Shown here piece by piece: positions 46,867 to 59,700 of a DNA stretch of 64,000 nucleotides. The notes below the pieces were generated by a model that saw only the letters and a program-made list of their open reading frames with translations, ran no database searches and was not told where the DNA came from. Location: NCBI GenBank assembly GCA_000708835.1, contig DF237040.1, forward strand, positions 148,611 through 212,610, read 5' to 3'. The DNA is from Klebsormidium nitens (lineage: Eukaryota; Plantae; Klebsormidiophyceae). Position 1 is the stretch's first letter. Each line of letters opens with the position of its first letter. Both the position numbers and the translations under genes were made by a program.

Positions 46867-49800
46867 TCAAACTTGACTTGCTTCACCTCGGACTGCTTTC
46901 TGTATTGCGCTCTTGAACTTGAACTTTGCGGCAGCAGCAACATGTTGTCCATCATTGGCCGAAGCTTTCATCGTTGCTATCTCCTTGCCGGAGGCATCCC
47001 CGGATTCGACGTCAGTACCTTCAGCACTTTCTTCGGCTCTCTTGATGCCCCTCAAACTCTTAGCATTCCATTGTTCCATTACCTTGCTCGTCAGCTTATT
47101 CACGTACTTTCGCTTTGCTATCTGTCCATTGATAAGGGATATTGCAATGGCAAATACAATGGCTACGGCCAGCACGACCCAAAGCCCAAACACCTGCAAG
47201 TAAACGTAGCCGCCAAACTTTAGCATCATATCTGCTCGTCAACAGGTTTCACGATTCGCAAGTTTCTCAAGGTTGCTTTATTACAAACAAAAGAACGGAG
47301 TGGTGACATTGACTCCATCAACTCTGCAGCAGTATACTGTTTTGCAAGAAACGACCCGCGTTCTCAAACAAAAGCTTTCTCGAGCCAATCATGCACCAGC
47401 TCAACCAGGCGACTCATCGGTGCAGAAGTGAGTGGCAAGCAGAAGTTGTAGTCCACATCTCTTGCAACGACGTTAAGACCGCAAGAGGAAGGAGCCGGGG
47501 GGCTCGGGGGGGGCGGCAGCCCCCCTGATTTCCGGTGTAAATAAAGGCCCGGAGAATTGTAATGGGCAAAGCATCCTCTGAGAATTACCTGAGAGAACGT
47601 CACTGATTTTGTGGTTGCGGAATACACGGAGCAGGTCGCGCCTTGCGTGAAGTGCACTGTTTGCAGCCTGTCCAACTCCCCGGAAACCTCCATGTCCAGA
47701 ATTGCGGCGCTCAAATTGGCCACCAGTGCAGGATGCGCTCCGGGCCAGAACGCCGTTGCATAGTTCATGGAAGCAAACTGGTCTTGCTGCAAGGCAAGAA
47801 GGTAGAGCCGTTAAGGTTCGGTTCAGCCGTCGGAGTGCCAACACTTCGAGCCCCCCATCACAGCTTCTAGGTCAACTAAACCACTCGTCCGACATTCAAG
47901 GGCCCAATATCATGCTGGGAATGTAAGGTGGGCTAACTTCGTTCGACAACTTCCGCAGCTAGCAGGCAGCAATCAGGGAGAACTTGTGATTGACACACAG
48001 CGGAGTCGATTTCGGTGGTGCTTGTTGATGCTTGAAGAACGCCGTCAAAAAGTATCCAGTGGATGAAAGCGGAGGCACCGTTCCCCCTTCGATACCATAC
48101 AAACAGAACACAGCGGTACGGTTGCTTTCACATCGATCCAGGTTCTGAAGACGGCAATCACTTACAAGATGATAGTTGCAGTCCGTCGAGGATAAGTACT
48201 GCACCACAGCGATGTCAAGGACGAGCGCAACGATTTTCCCGCTCTGGAGATCGCCTAACATAATCTCGAAATCCTCGTCGTTGTTCCTGGAAAGCAAACG
48301 TAGCCAAATCTCAGCCGGCAACTTTTGACTCGACAAGGAGAATCGTATGCAGTCCGGAGCGCATGCGAGTAATGGACTTATTTTGTGCGAAACTGCGTTC
48401 GTCGACAGTCGTAGCTAGGCAAGAATCCGCTTGTTTGCGCAGTCGTGTTGATCAAGCGCATATCAGGCGTGCGCAGGCAAGCAACGACTTGAGGGGAGAC
48501 GACAACCTTGACCCTTGAGAGCCTTTGAGCAAGTTTATTTTCGTAGCCATTCGGGATCTGACGCTCACCAAGGATAGAGTGTGGGGAGAAGCCCAAAGTT
48601 GGTCAGTGTCCCAGCGTCCCCTTCCCAGGCGCCAAAACTTTTACCGCGTAAGTCGTATCTTGCTGCAAGTTAACGGTGAAAGAGTCCGAAGTTCAGCACC
48701 AAGACTCCGTTGCAAAACTGTCATCCATATTCTACAGAGGGGCAAATCCGAAGCTTCTACCTATGTTGTGATCGTTTCATGTAAGCTAAACCGTGCTGCT
48801 AGAAGAGCGAAATTGCGCCGCTCAAGAGTAGCAGTCCAGTGTTCGAAGACACTAAGTAGCCGAGCTACACCAGCGCTGCCGCATAGTTCAAGCCGTTAAC
48901 AAACGCAGCAAGCCTGCTAATAAAGCCCTCAAACTTGGGTATCTGGTCGGATTCTTCTTTGCAGAATCTTGCTGACTTTCCCACCCTAGGTTGAAGACTC
49001 ACTGTTGATGGTGGTTTTGAATTGTTGAATGGTCAACAGGGCCGCTGCGTTTCCGGTATACATGGTCAGAAGAAGTAGAATCATGAAGCACCACACAAGG
49101 ATGATGAGGCGGGAGGCCAGGGAGATCCCCGTCAAGGAAGCAGCTTGAACAATCTGGCCCAGTGCTGTTGCAAGAAACGGAGGCAATTGTCAGCCTTGTC
49201 AACTTCATATTAGACCATATCTCTAGCTTACGCCTTCCCAAATTAGACGAGGCTTTTGTTTTAGCATTTTTCATTTGCAGAGGTGAAAGTCCACATCCCC
49301 CGCTGCGAGAGGCAGCAGTGCAAAGAGCAGAGTAGTGAAGCGAGTGCTAACAGCTGAGTGCCTCACTCCAAAAGCCCAAAGGGATTGGGGGCTTTGCAAG
49401 CCGCCACCTCTCTTCGCGCCTAAAACAAGCAGCAAACCGTGGTGATAGTTGTTCGATCAGACATCCGTACTGTTTTTGGGTTGTGGACTCCTCAACCTGC
49501 CCTCTCAAAACGTAGAAAAGCGAAAGTTGACACTTACCCATCCACATGGACTCGAATAGACCATGTTCCCCCGTAAAAGACACTCCTGCTCTGACTTCCC
49601 GACTTGTGTGCTGCTTCGAAAGTACCTCGACCAAGTGGACCCCGAGACTTACTGCAAGGGCTGCAAGCAAGGCACAGAGTGTTTGAGTGCCGGAGAGTCC
49701 AGGCAGTGATATTTGTTGCCAAGGAAATGTAGCAAAGTACACCATTGACCAAACACCTCGGTCATTCAAAAGATTCCAACCAAAAGTTTCTCATGTCACA

Positions 49801-51363
49801 CATTGTTGTGGCTTTCAAGCTGCGCAACCAACCCTCGAAAACCAGAGTCATGCAAGCGCTCCGCTCGAGAAAAGTGCGGAAGTACAGCACTTGATTACAC
49901 CTCACGGAGTTTTGTTGATTTGGGACTTACCAGCCACAATGAGCATTCCCCAGACTTGCCATGCAAACGGCTTAGTGAAGATCCAGCCATCGGGCTGCTG
50001 TAGTTTGGCATAGACCATCACCGCCAGGTTGTTGTGGAAGTCTGGATATGCAAACTGAACGCCTTCGGCCAGGAAGTCGGGCCGGATCTGCGGTGCCGGG
50101 AAGAGCCTCATGAGACTCAGAGGGTCTTGGCTGGCATTTCTTACCAACCTCGATCAGCCCTGTTTTAGCAGCTAGGTCACTAGTAATCTCAGGAACAAGG
50201 AACCGTGCAAGCAAAGTTTCACATAGGATGGATGTCCACTCTTGTCAATGGCCCTGCCAATGGCTCTGCTGAAATGTGGGGTCTCATTTAGTCAAAGAGC
50301 CCTCTTGGGGAGCCGTTTGAGAAGATCAGGGTAAGAGCTTTAAGAGTCAGCTACAGAACACATCATGACTTGGTTAAGGTTTCTGGAGAAGTTCTGTAAC
50401 ACTAAGCAGGGGGTCAACAAGTCAACACTACAGGTTCGAAAAGGGACAGTTAGGACAGCTGAAAGCCCATGCTTTGCTTGATCACACCTGAACCTCTATG
50501 CAACTAGAATGTCTGCAACTGCATCAATGCCTAAAGTCAACAAAGAGGCTAGACCCCTACATGTTGACTTGTTCGGCAGCAGCATTTGCTCTTCCATGAC
50601 AATCTATGCCAGCCTGTGCTATGCAGGCCTCTGGTGATGTCTTACCTGCATATCTGCTGCTGTTACATCACACAAGGCATAGATCGAGGAGTTGAGGATG
50701 TCGCTTTGCAGTGGGTCATAGTCCAGGCATTCCCATGTATAGTCGTCCTTCGACCAACCTGCTTTTGATGCAGCCTCCTCGAATACCTTGACTGCATAAC
50801 CTGAATCATGGAGCGAGAATGCAGGTGTCAACTTTCAGCAGAATAAGTGCAAGCCGGGTGGAGATGGTAGCAAAGGGGCTGAACCAACGAGCATGTATAA
50901 GTGGCCCAATGTAAGGGCATTGTTATGGCTGTTATCAAGGCCACACCTTTACTGTTGAGCTCACACATGTGTGCCAAGGCATGAGCTCGCCGAGCAAGCT
51001 CTAGAGGACGGAACCCCGAGGACGAACTCTGGCACCTTTGCAGTGCACAGGTGACACCTATCAGCAATATTGAACTTGAGGTAGCAATGAGTCTGCAAAC
51101 AGTCACATCTTCAAGGAGCCACTTGGAGCCTGCCTAAACTGCACAATGGTCTTACCTCCATAGGTTGAGCTGTCTGTGGAGCCTAGGTCACAGGTGGAGT
51201 AGGGAATATTGTAGACCGTGCAGACCGTGTATGTCTCATTAGGCGCTTTAGGATAGTCTAAGACACGAGCCTGTGCACTTTGAAAGAGCTGCACAAGAAC
51301 AGCCATGACAAGGAGGGCACCGTGCTTGAAGCAGATGCATCGCATCCCGAGGGTCACCGCCAT
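46867..51363 (-). CDS. Ionotropic glutamate receptor-like channel lacking an amino-terminal domain (about 510 aa)
   Basis: Exons 51363-51156, 50800-50646, 50087-49931, 49651-49538, 49164-49003, 48662-48568, 48286-48166, 47786-47589 and 47193-46867. Order: signal peptide, S1 (GYAVKVFEEAA), pre-M1 WIFTKPFAWQVW, pore helix GLFESMW, M3 SRLIILVWCFMILLLLTMYTGNAAALLT, S2 (DLRGK; AAILDMEVSGELDRL), M4 VTFSQVFGLWVVLA. Confidence 0.85.
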
Positions 51364-52496
51364 GATCCCAGGATGATGGAGCTCCAGTACTCCAATCTAT
51401 TGACCGTCTCTCGTCTGTCTAGTCCTAAAGCTGGCGGCACGTCTGCTTTGGCTGCTCAGCAATATATCGAAGAGCCTGTAAGGGCAACCGCACAACTTAC
51501 TTAGCGGTATTGCCAGTTGTTCTGTCCAAAGCGATGTTGGTTGTCCGGCTTGTTGGTTGAATCGTTCAAAGAAGAACAACGCATTGAATCTGAACGCTTG
51601 TGGCAGCTTTACTACGCGTCAATTCTCAGCATGACACTCGATCTGCCTTGTGAGTTACTCCTCGCGGGCGTGCTCATCGGAACTTTAACCTGAATCCTTT
51701 TGGCAACTCCCTTGTCTCCCAATTAGGGGCTTGTCTCTTGAGATTCCCAGCCCCGCCCCGGGCACCTCAACCAAAACCCCTAACCCAAAAGCTTAGGCGC
51801 TCCCCACCCCTACCCACCCAACCACCAAACCAACCCTCTCCGCTGCAAACCTTAGGAAACAAGCCCCTAGCTTGGTACCAGCCTTGAATCGACCTGGGTA
51901 CTGCATGGGAACTCCTGACTCCTGAGGCTGTCATGGCGTCAGCTTCCATCTGACTCTGAGGCTTGAGCTCCACGGAGTCACCAAATTAATTTGTAATAAT
52001 TACCGTAACGCCGCCCTGAGTCGCTCCTGTCGATCGCTTTCGAATAAACGCTTGACGATACCTATTTCAGAGGATGTTCCACTCGGTGTAAGTCACCGGG
52101 CCTGCTTTCACACTCAAAATCAGGGGGGCAAACGCTCCCCCGAGCCCGCCCACTCTCTCGTCTCACGGCCTTGCATAAATTGGACGGTTAAACTGGTAGG
52201 TACTTGTCACCGGAATTGGCGGAAACTAAGTCCAACGGTACGTACCACGGTACCAACCAATAATTAATTCATCTGTGAGATGATACGGTAGATCCCTCAG
52301 CTCAGGCACAAGGTGATCATTAATGCCACGGTCCACCGGGGTCCGGTCGCACTTCCGTCATCAATGCCGCTGATGTAGGACTACACCGGTATTCGGATTG
52401 GTGCCGCTTGCGGCGGCTTGGTGGCCACATGATTCAATCGCGAGCCTGCGGCGAGACCCAAATTCCAAGGCCTCAGCCAGTCACAGTACCCGCCGC

Positions 52497-52585
52497 ACAA
52501 GCAGCGTTCCGTATGTTACAAGCAGCGTTCCGTACGTGGTCACGGGTTGACGGGTTGACGGGCAATGGTCACGGGTTGACGGGTG
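52497..52585. repeat. Short tandem duplications (ACAAGCAGCGTTCCGTA x2, period 21; GGTCACGGGTTGACGGG x2)
   Basis: Directly visible in intergenic DNA between the GLR-like gene start and the GT61 3' end. Confidence 0.75.
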
Positions 52586-53717
52586 GAAGAGGCCATTTTT
52601 TTGTGAACATGCAGTGCGGGCCTACCAAAAGCTACTTCGGTGTTATTACTTGTCAAACAGTTGTCAAACGTGTGTTAGACAGTGGCTCACCTAGGACTCT
52701 TTCATGGGTTTTCCCCCGGTTTTTCATCATCACTAGCAGGCGAGACTCAGGCCGAGCCCATCTTTCATCAGGTATTTCGAATCTTCCAATGAGAATGCAT
52801 GCGTAGAAAAGGCATTCCGGCAGGATCTATAGGAGATTTATACTAATAGCGCAGTGCTTAAGTTTGCAACATGAGGATCGGCACGTTTCCGTTCCGCCAA
52901 ACTACCTAGCTGCAGAGTCAAAAGTTGAAAATGACTAATATGTAGGTTGTGACTAGATATATTGCAATGCTGTCGTAGTGACTTGCAATACATGTCACGA
53001 TGCCATGATGCTCGATCATATAAGCCCGTCGGACCTTTGCAATTGCAACATTAGTCTGCACCTATAGTTTGTTCCGGAATCGGGGCATAACCGTTGCAAG
53101 CTTGCAAACCCTTACGACGGTTTGTCCGCTCTAGCTTCGCATGCGCGCTACTTCAACGCGATATAACTAGAGCTATTTGAAATTTGAAATGCTACCGAGT
53201 GTGACTTGCAATATGTCACAATGCGTGTGCAGTCATGTCTGAGTCGTGTGGCAATCAAGATTGAATGATCGTACCCAAGCCATGACAGCATCTGTTCAGC
53301 GATTCGAACAAATGTAACGTGACTCTGTCCGTGGCACTGATGCATAGAACTATACCATATAGAAGCAATCTGCCGCATAAGTATATTTGAAGCTAAAATC
53401 AACAACTTAGATATACCTTATAGGAAGGGCAAGCTTGAAAGAATTTAGGGCCGCTCGCGCTTAATCTAGCGGCTAGAGGTCCATATTTCACACATTCTAA
53501 TTACTTTAAAGCCGTAGCTGTGCCATGACCGATACGCGTGTATGAAGCATATTGACCATGGCAAGGACGGACACGATGTGAAACTGAGGCTGTATCCAAA
53601 AAATGCTCAGGCCAGACGCCCGTCACTAACAATATGCCGCTGCGCAGTCACCAACTTCCAGGTCTTTAGAACAGGCTGTGCTCTCGGCGACTGTGGGCTT
53701 CTTTCAACACGCTTTGC

Positions 53718-56700
53718 TTAATTTAAATTTGGGTCCATTTCACCCCATTCAAAATAGAAGTTTCCTCGTACATACTCGGGAACCGGTGGATCCTCCGCAG
53801 TTCCATTTGCTTTTTGCAGTAGGTACCGCTTCGCGCACCGCAATGCCAAAATTGCCTTGCTATTTTCAAGCCAAAGACTCTGACCCATGTAAATATCCCG
53901 CCATGCTAGATAACCTTGCTTTTGGTACACCGCATCCGGGTCCCTCCTCACGTCATCGTCAAATCGGTACGCTTTGGAGAGGGAGCTTTCCCACCAAGAC
54001 CCTTCGTACTCTATATACTTTAGCCCTTTGGCGACCGCGCCTTGCCCGTAGTGATGATCCGCATGCCAGTCTATGCTAAACGGCACGATTTGAAGCAGAA
54101 CCGACCCCGCTCGCATAAACAAAAAGTTTGCGAGCATCGAGTTGTGCACACCCGCGAAGACGTCCAACCCCTGCATCCACTGGAACAGCTCCTCAATTGA
54201 CGCGTACTCGGGGATCAGAACCACGTCGAACCCAATCGCTTTTGCGTAGTAAATGAACGCCTCTTCGTTTATGATCCGCCGCTCCGGGCCGCTCCGCAGA
54301 GCCAACCCCAGTTTCGGCCGGTTCCTATGAGTCCGAGGCTCTGGTCTCAACCGGGCACTTTTCACCACGGGAAGAAGCGCCTCGTCCTCCTCGGAGAACC
54401 CATACCCCGGGTGCACCAGCGCCTTCCACCGGTCACTAAACTGGGCGCCACTGACGAACGGCGGTAATATTGGATTAACCCGCAGGTTACCGTGCGTGGT
54501 TAAGCCGATCACCAGCTCGGGGAAGCAGTAAATGTTGCGGTCGTGAGTGTTTAACTCGGGCCAAACCTCCGCTTGGACAGCGGCCCGCCTCTCCTTGGCC
54601 CCCGGGATCGGGGCCCACTCCCAACTGCCACGTGTCCGCTTGCTGCCACGTGTCACGCTCTCGTCAACCGGAACGGTTCTCTGGCCCGCCCCCAACCCAC
54701 TCTCCGTCTTGTTTGCAGCGACGTCTTTCTTCTGCCATGTCCACAGCTGCAAAAGCTTCCGAAAGAAGGTTTTGTCTTCTCCCCTCCCGTCCTCTTCATC
54801 CTCTAGTTCCGAATCCTCCCACAGATTAACCCGCTCTAACCCCGCGCTCAGAGCCCTGTCTCGCTCTTCTAAACCCTGCCCTGGTTTCTCCAACCCCTGC
54901 CCTGATTTTTCCAAACCCGCGCCTAACCCCTCCGGCAACCCCTCCAACCCCAGAGCTTTCCGTCTCCTGGTTAGCAGCGGCAGCAGATCCGCCGGTTTCT
55001 CAAACACCGCCCGCGGATCGTCACCCCCGTGTTCCGCACCCTTAACCCCTTCCTCAACCCCAATATGACCAACTTCTTCGCCCTCAACGCTCGCTGAGCC
55101 ACTCCTAACCCAGTCCTTGACCCGGGCGTGCTCCTGGTCGCGCTCGGTTTCAACCCCGGGGCCGCCAATCAGAATGGGGGGGTACTTTGACAGCGTTTTG
55201 AGCACCCCCCGGAAGTGTTCTAGCCACCACTCGTGCCAGTCCAGCAGGAGGAAGACCACCTCGCGGTCGTACTTGAAGCTTGTCAGGATCAGCGGAACGA
55301 GCCTGGGCGGAAACGGATCAACCTTAGAGCGGAACGGGCTGGTCTAGGAGCACTTAACGAGAAGGAGGATGAGCCTGGGCGGAAACGGATCTGATCGAGA
55401 GGGGAACGGGGCGATTTGCAAGCAGATCACAACAGAGAAAGGCGGAACGAATTGGGGATAGAGAGCAACCAACGAGGGAAACCTGACGCAGAGAGTCCTG
55501 GCGTTATAGCATAAGCTGAAGCGAGTCAACGACAAGCGTGAAGCATCTTTTTGAGGATCGTTACAAAGTACGAAGTCAAGAACGATGCGTAGGATCACAA
55601 TGATAGGCTATCAAACAGGAGGTCTCGTATGTATTGGGGTAGCAGATACCAACAGCCCGTGGAAAGCTTAAGGCCTCAAGCAGAAGTGTCCACCCTTCTC
55701 CTTAGGACGCCGCAGAGAGAAGAAGAGCGGAACGCAACTGAAAGGATAAAAATCCATGATGACGCGATAGAGAAAACACGACGAAAAGGGAACAGATATC
55801 AGCACTCAGAAGTTGGAACTCGAAAACATACATTCGTCGAAAGAAGAACGTAGCAGACGAGAGGAACAAAACGGAGAAACGTGCTCACGTGTCTTCCAAA
55901 GCGTAATAGTAGTTGTCCGCTTTTCCCCCGATCGAGAACACGACTCCCGGTACTGACACGTTGCGGTTGCAGTTGGCCAGCTCACGTGCCACGTCAGCAT
56001 CAGTTTTGAGGCCGTAACTCGTCAGCTCCAGGGTGGTCGTACTGCCGGGCGCGACCTCGCCTTTGGCCTTTCGCGCGTACGGCGTGACGGAGAGAATGCC
56101 GGTCGGGGGGTTCTTCCCGGTCGCAAACATTTGGAAGGTCTTGGAGTCGGCGTATAGCTGCAAAAGCGAGGTGATCATGATTAAAACCCATTTTCTAAGT
56201 GCGCTTTGAACCCATATGAGATCTGGATTCGGCCTGCAGCGTAAAGAGATGGAAAGTTTGCCAGTTGGGGTGTTCGTCCCGAACGCAAACATCTGGAAGG
56301 TCTTGGAGTCAGCATATAGCTGCAAGGGGAAAGTAATCTTGATTCCAATTTGCGCTTTCTGCCCAGTTGAGATCGAACTCGGCCTTTGGCGCCAAGAAAC
56401 GAAGAGTTTGCCGGTCCGGGGACTCTTATCAACTGCGAACATCTGGAAGTTCTTGGAGTCGGCGATTTGCTGCTAGCGGAAAGAGATGGACACTTTGCTG
56501 ATCGGGGGGCCCCTCTTGGTCGCAAACATCTGGAAGTTCCTGGAGTCGGCATATGACTGCGAGCCGAGAGTGACAAAGCTTTCAGAAAAATTGGAAGGCC
56601 AGGGGCGCTTAACTGTTGCTCCGGTTGCACTCAAACAAGAACTGCCAAGCGTCGTGTAGGCCGGGGGACCTTTTCAGGGCGTCTTCACAAGCAAACAGAG

Positions 56701-59700
56701 ACTCCTTTCTGCTCCTCATCGTGAGAAAGTATCTTTCTTTACCTGGACATTCCCCCGCATGGTACAGACGTCGCTTCGGCGTTTGCTCCGGTTGCATTTA
56801 CAGATACAGACAAATCCTCTCGTCTCCCTGGCTTTGCTTAGATATAATCATTTTCTTGTAGCCAAGAGATCTTCGTCCTTACCTGGACATTCCCTCGCAC
56901 AGTGCAGACGTCGCTTCGGGGATTGCTCCGGTTGCACTCAAAGATGAACTGGCGGGGGTCGTCAAGCCCGGGTGAAACCACCGGGAACTCTGGCGGCTCG
57001 CCTTGCCACACTGGGGGGTCGTATCCGATGGAGACGCCCAACCGGATGCCCTCCCAGACCCCGTTTTTCTGGAGGAAAGAAGCGCAGCGACTTAGCTCAA
57101 AAATAACAAGAACAGCACTTTGACAGAAGTGAGAAAGGAGAACAGTGGCATGGTTTTGGGGCAGAGATTGTCTCAAGATCTGCCACCGTCGAAACTCGCC
57201 CAATGCCAGGTCAATTGGAGAAGAAAGGCGCAGGGAATCAGCCAGATGTAATAGAAAACAATGCAAACTGTTGGAACAGGGAAAAGGAGCGAGGTCATGG
57301 AGCATGGCGGCAGGGCTTTCCTTCATCGACACCAACGAACTTGCTAGTCGTTGGTGGCCTTTGCGGGAATGCGGGTAGCGATTTTGGCTTGACTTGCACA
57401 CCAAAGACACTGTGTTAGAAGCTTGATGGCGAGAAGAAAACAAACGGCCGAGGTGAGAGCGGGCCAAAGCGTGTGCATCCACGGTTTGAGATGGAGCGTG
57501 AAGCAGTTCTGACGCAATCCTTCAAAGAACAGAATCGAAAGCGTTGTGGGCAGACATCAGTGGAGGAATGCAGAAAGGAAACAAGCAGAGGGAATGGAAA
57601 CCACGCGAAGGGAACGGAAACACGCAGAGGGCTCCTAAATACAAAACCGTATGGAGAGCCTCTGAAGGCCCGGTCAGCGTCCGACTTTCTTGGACATATG
57701 AGAGAGTCATTGGTCTTTGCAGACCTGGCTGAAAGCAAGACGCGTCATCAGATACGGCCTCAGGTTTAGAGACTTCATGAAAACAGCTTTGAGCGTGAAC
57801 GCTCATCTGTGATTTATCATTGCCGTCTGACGACCCAAGTGTTGAACAAGCGGCGAAGCTAGGCAGCTAGGAGCTTCCAGAATATGATCCAATCCGAATG
57901 CATCGCTTTCGAGTGGTCCGACTGGCGTTGCAGGGTCTCGCCTCCACTCGCTTTAGAGAAGACTTTGTGGATTTTTCAAACTTCCAATGAAGATGAGTGC
58001 ACGGACAAAACCCATGAAATTGGGCGGAGTCGAAAGTTTTCTGTGCACGACAGGCGACGTCTTCAAACTCCAGGCTCTCCTGGGCTCGCAAGCTCACTTC
58101 CCGTTAAGACAATGATCAGAGCTACATTTGGAAGGAAACGACTTGAGTCCCGACAGAAAATGGTGATTGAGAGCTCACGACCAGTCCTTACAAACGACAC
58201 GATCGAGCTCAACACTATAGAAGCTGAAGAGGCTTCCGAGGAATCGACCTGGGAAAGCCCGAGTCCATCCTTACTTGAACAATGGAGTTTGAGGGCCGGA
58301 CGTATCGCTTTCACAAATAATGCAGCAAAGACACAACGCCACCAGACCATTCTCTTTGGCCTCCTAATGAAATCAGAGAAGATTGAGCGGAATTTAAGGA
58401 AACGACTTTGGAACTCATCTAGAGAAGTATGTGACCAGATAAAAGCTTTGGGTACACGTTCGTCAGTGCCTTTGTTGCATAGTCAGTATTTTGGAAAGAG
58501 GGGAAGAGATATTTCAAGGATCAGACGGCGACCTGAGGACAGTGACAAAGAGCGCCCAAAATCCAATGACTTTCATATCACTTTTCCTTTACTCGTCAGA
58601 ATCCAACTCTCAGACGGTGAAGTATATAGAGCCTCTGCCCTAAACGGAGGCAAAGTCCCGGAAAATATAAAGGGGTGCTGAAGAAAATCTGTCACTTGCG
58701 ATGCATAGACGTGGCTTGGTAACTGCCAAGCTTAATCAGGCAGATGGTAAAAAACGCTGGCGGACGTGACCAGCCGAATGCATCACACTAACGTAAAGTC
58801 CAGTGGGTATCTCCTAACTGATTAGAGCTAGAGCTCAAGCTTACACCCGAAGCGCTCTAAGCAAATCTCAAACTTGATCAGAATGTCAATCTTGCACAAC
58901 AGACGATGTCATGCACAGCAATGACTTGGCAAGGCAATCAAAAAAAGGTGGTCATTATGCGAATCGTTTGTGACCGCGGAAAGGCTGTCAGGAAACATAC
59001 GCGAGTGAAAACACACGAGAGCGACGGTCAATGTTTGGGCCGTTCAAATGACGGCCATGGCTTATGCAGCAAATTCCAGTGACGGGCTGTATGCAGTTTG
59101 AAACGAAGCTGGATGTTTGAAACGTTGAATGGGGTCAGCGGGGTATTCTCCTGCGAGCCTGGGCGCAAGTGCCCAGCTCGAAACTGCCGAGATACCTGAG
59201 AAGTGCGGTGCAGAAGACGAGGAGCGTAATGCAGAACTCTCTGTGGGACACTTTTTGCAAAGGTCCTATCCCTTTCCGATTACGACCTTTATGCAAGGAC
59301 GAAGAATTAGGCGCTCTTCCAGCACAACGGTCAACGACGGTTGCTCGCGGAGAGAACAGACTGCAAGGATGAACAGCTTCTGTGATGGCAGTTGGTTTGC
59401 AGTCAAGAAGCGGCAATGAGCGGGTAAGCTGATCCTCGCCGTCAAAAGATGACAAACTCGTGATGTAGTATCTTTACTGCAGACCGGATTCAAGATGGCA
59501 ATCCCCGGGAGTCAGACTTAGCAAGGAAGAACTAAAACAAGCCCAGTACGAGTTTCAGCACATGGACGCATTGTTCATGAACAGGAAATCCTTGCAGCGT
59601 TGTAGCAGGCAGATATCATACGGTTTCTGGACGGAAGAGAAAATGCTTCTTGAAAGAAAGGTCGTGCGAAGCTTTCAAAGCCCTGAAAATGGCAGACAGT

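Noticed and set aside
57884-58681. 265-aa + strand ORF inside the large GT61 intron
   Set aside because: No recognisable domain, no GC3 bias like the real exons, and no transposon ends seen. It is probably spurious.
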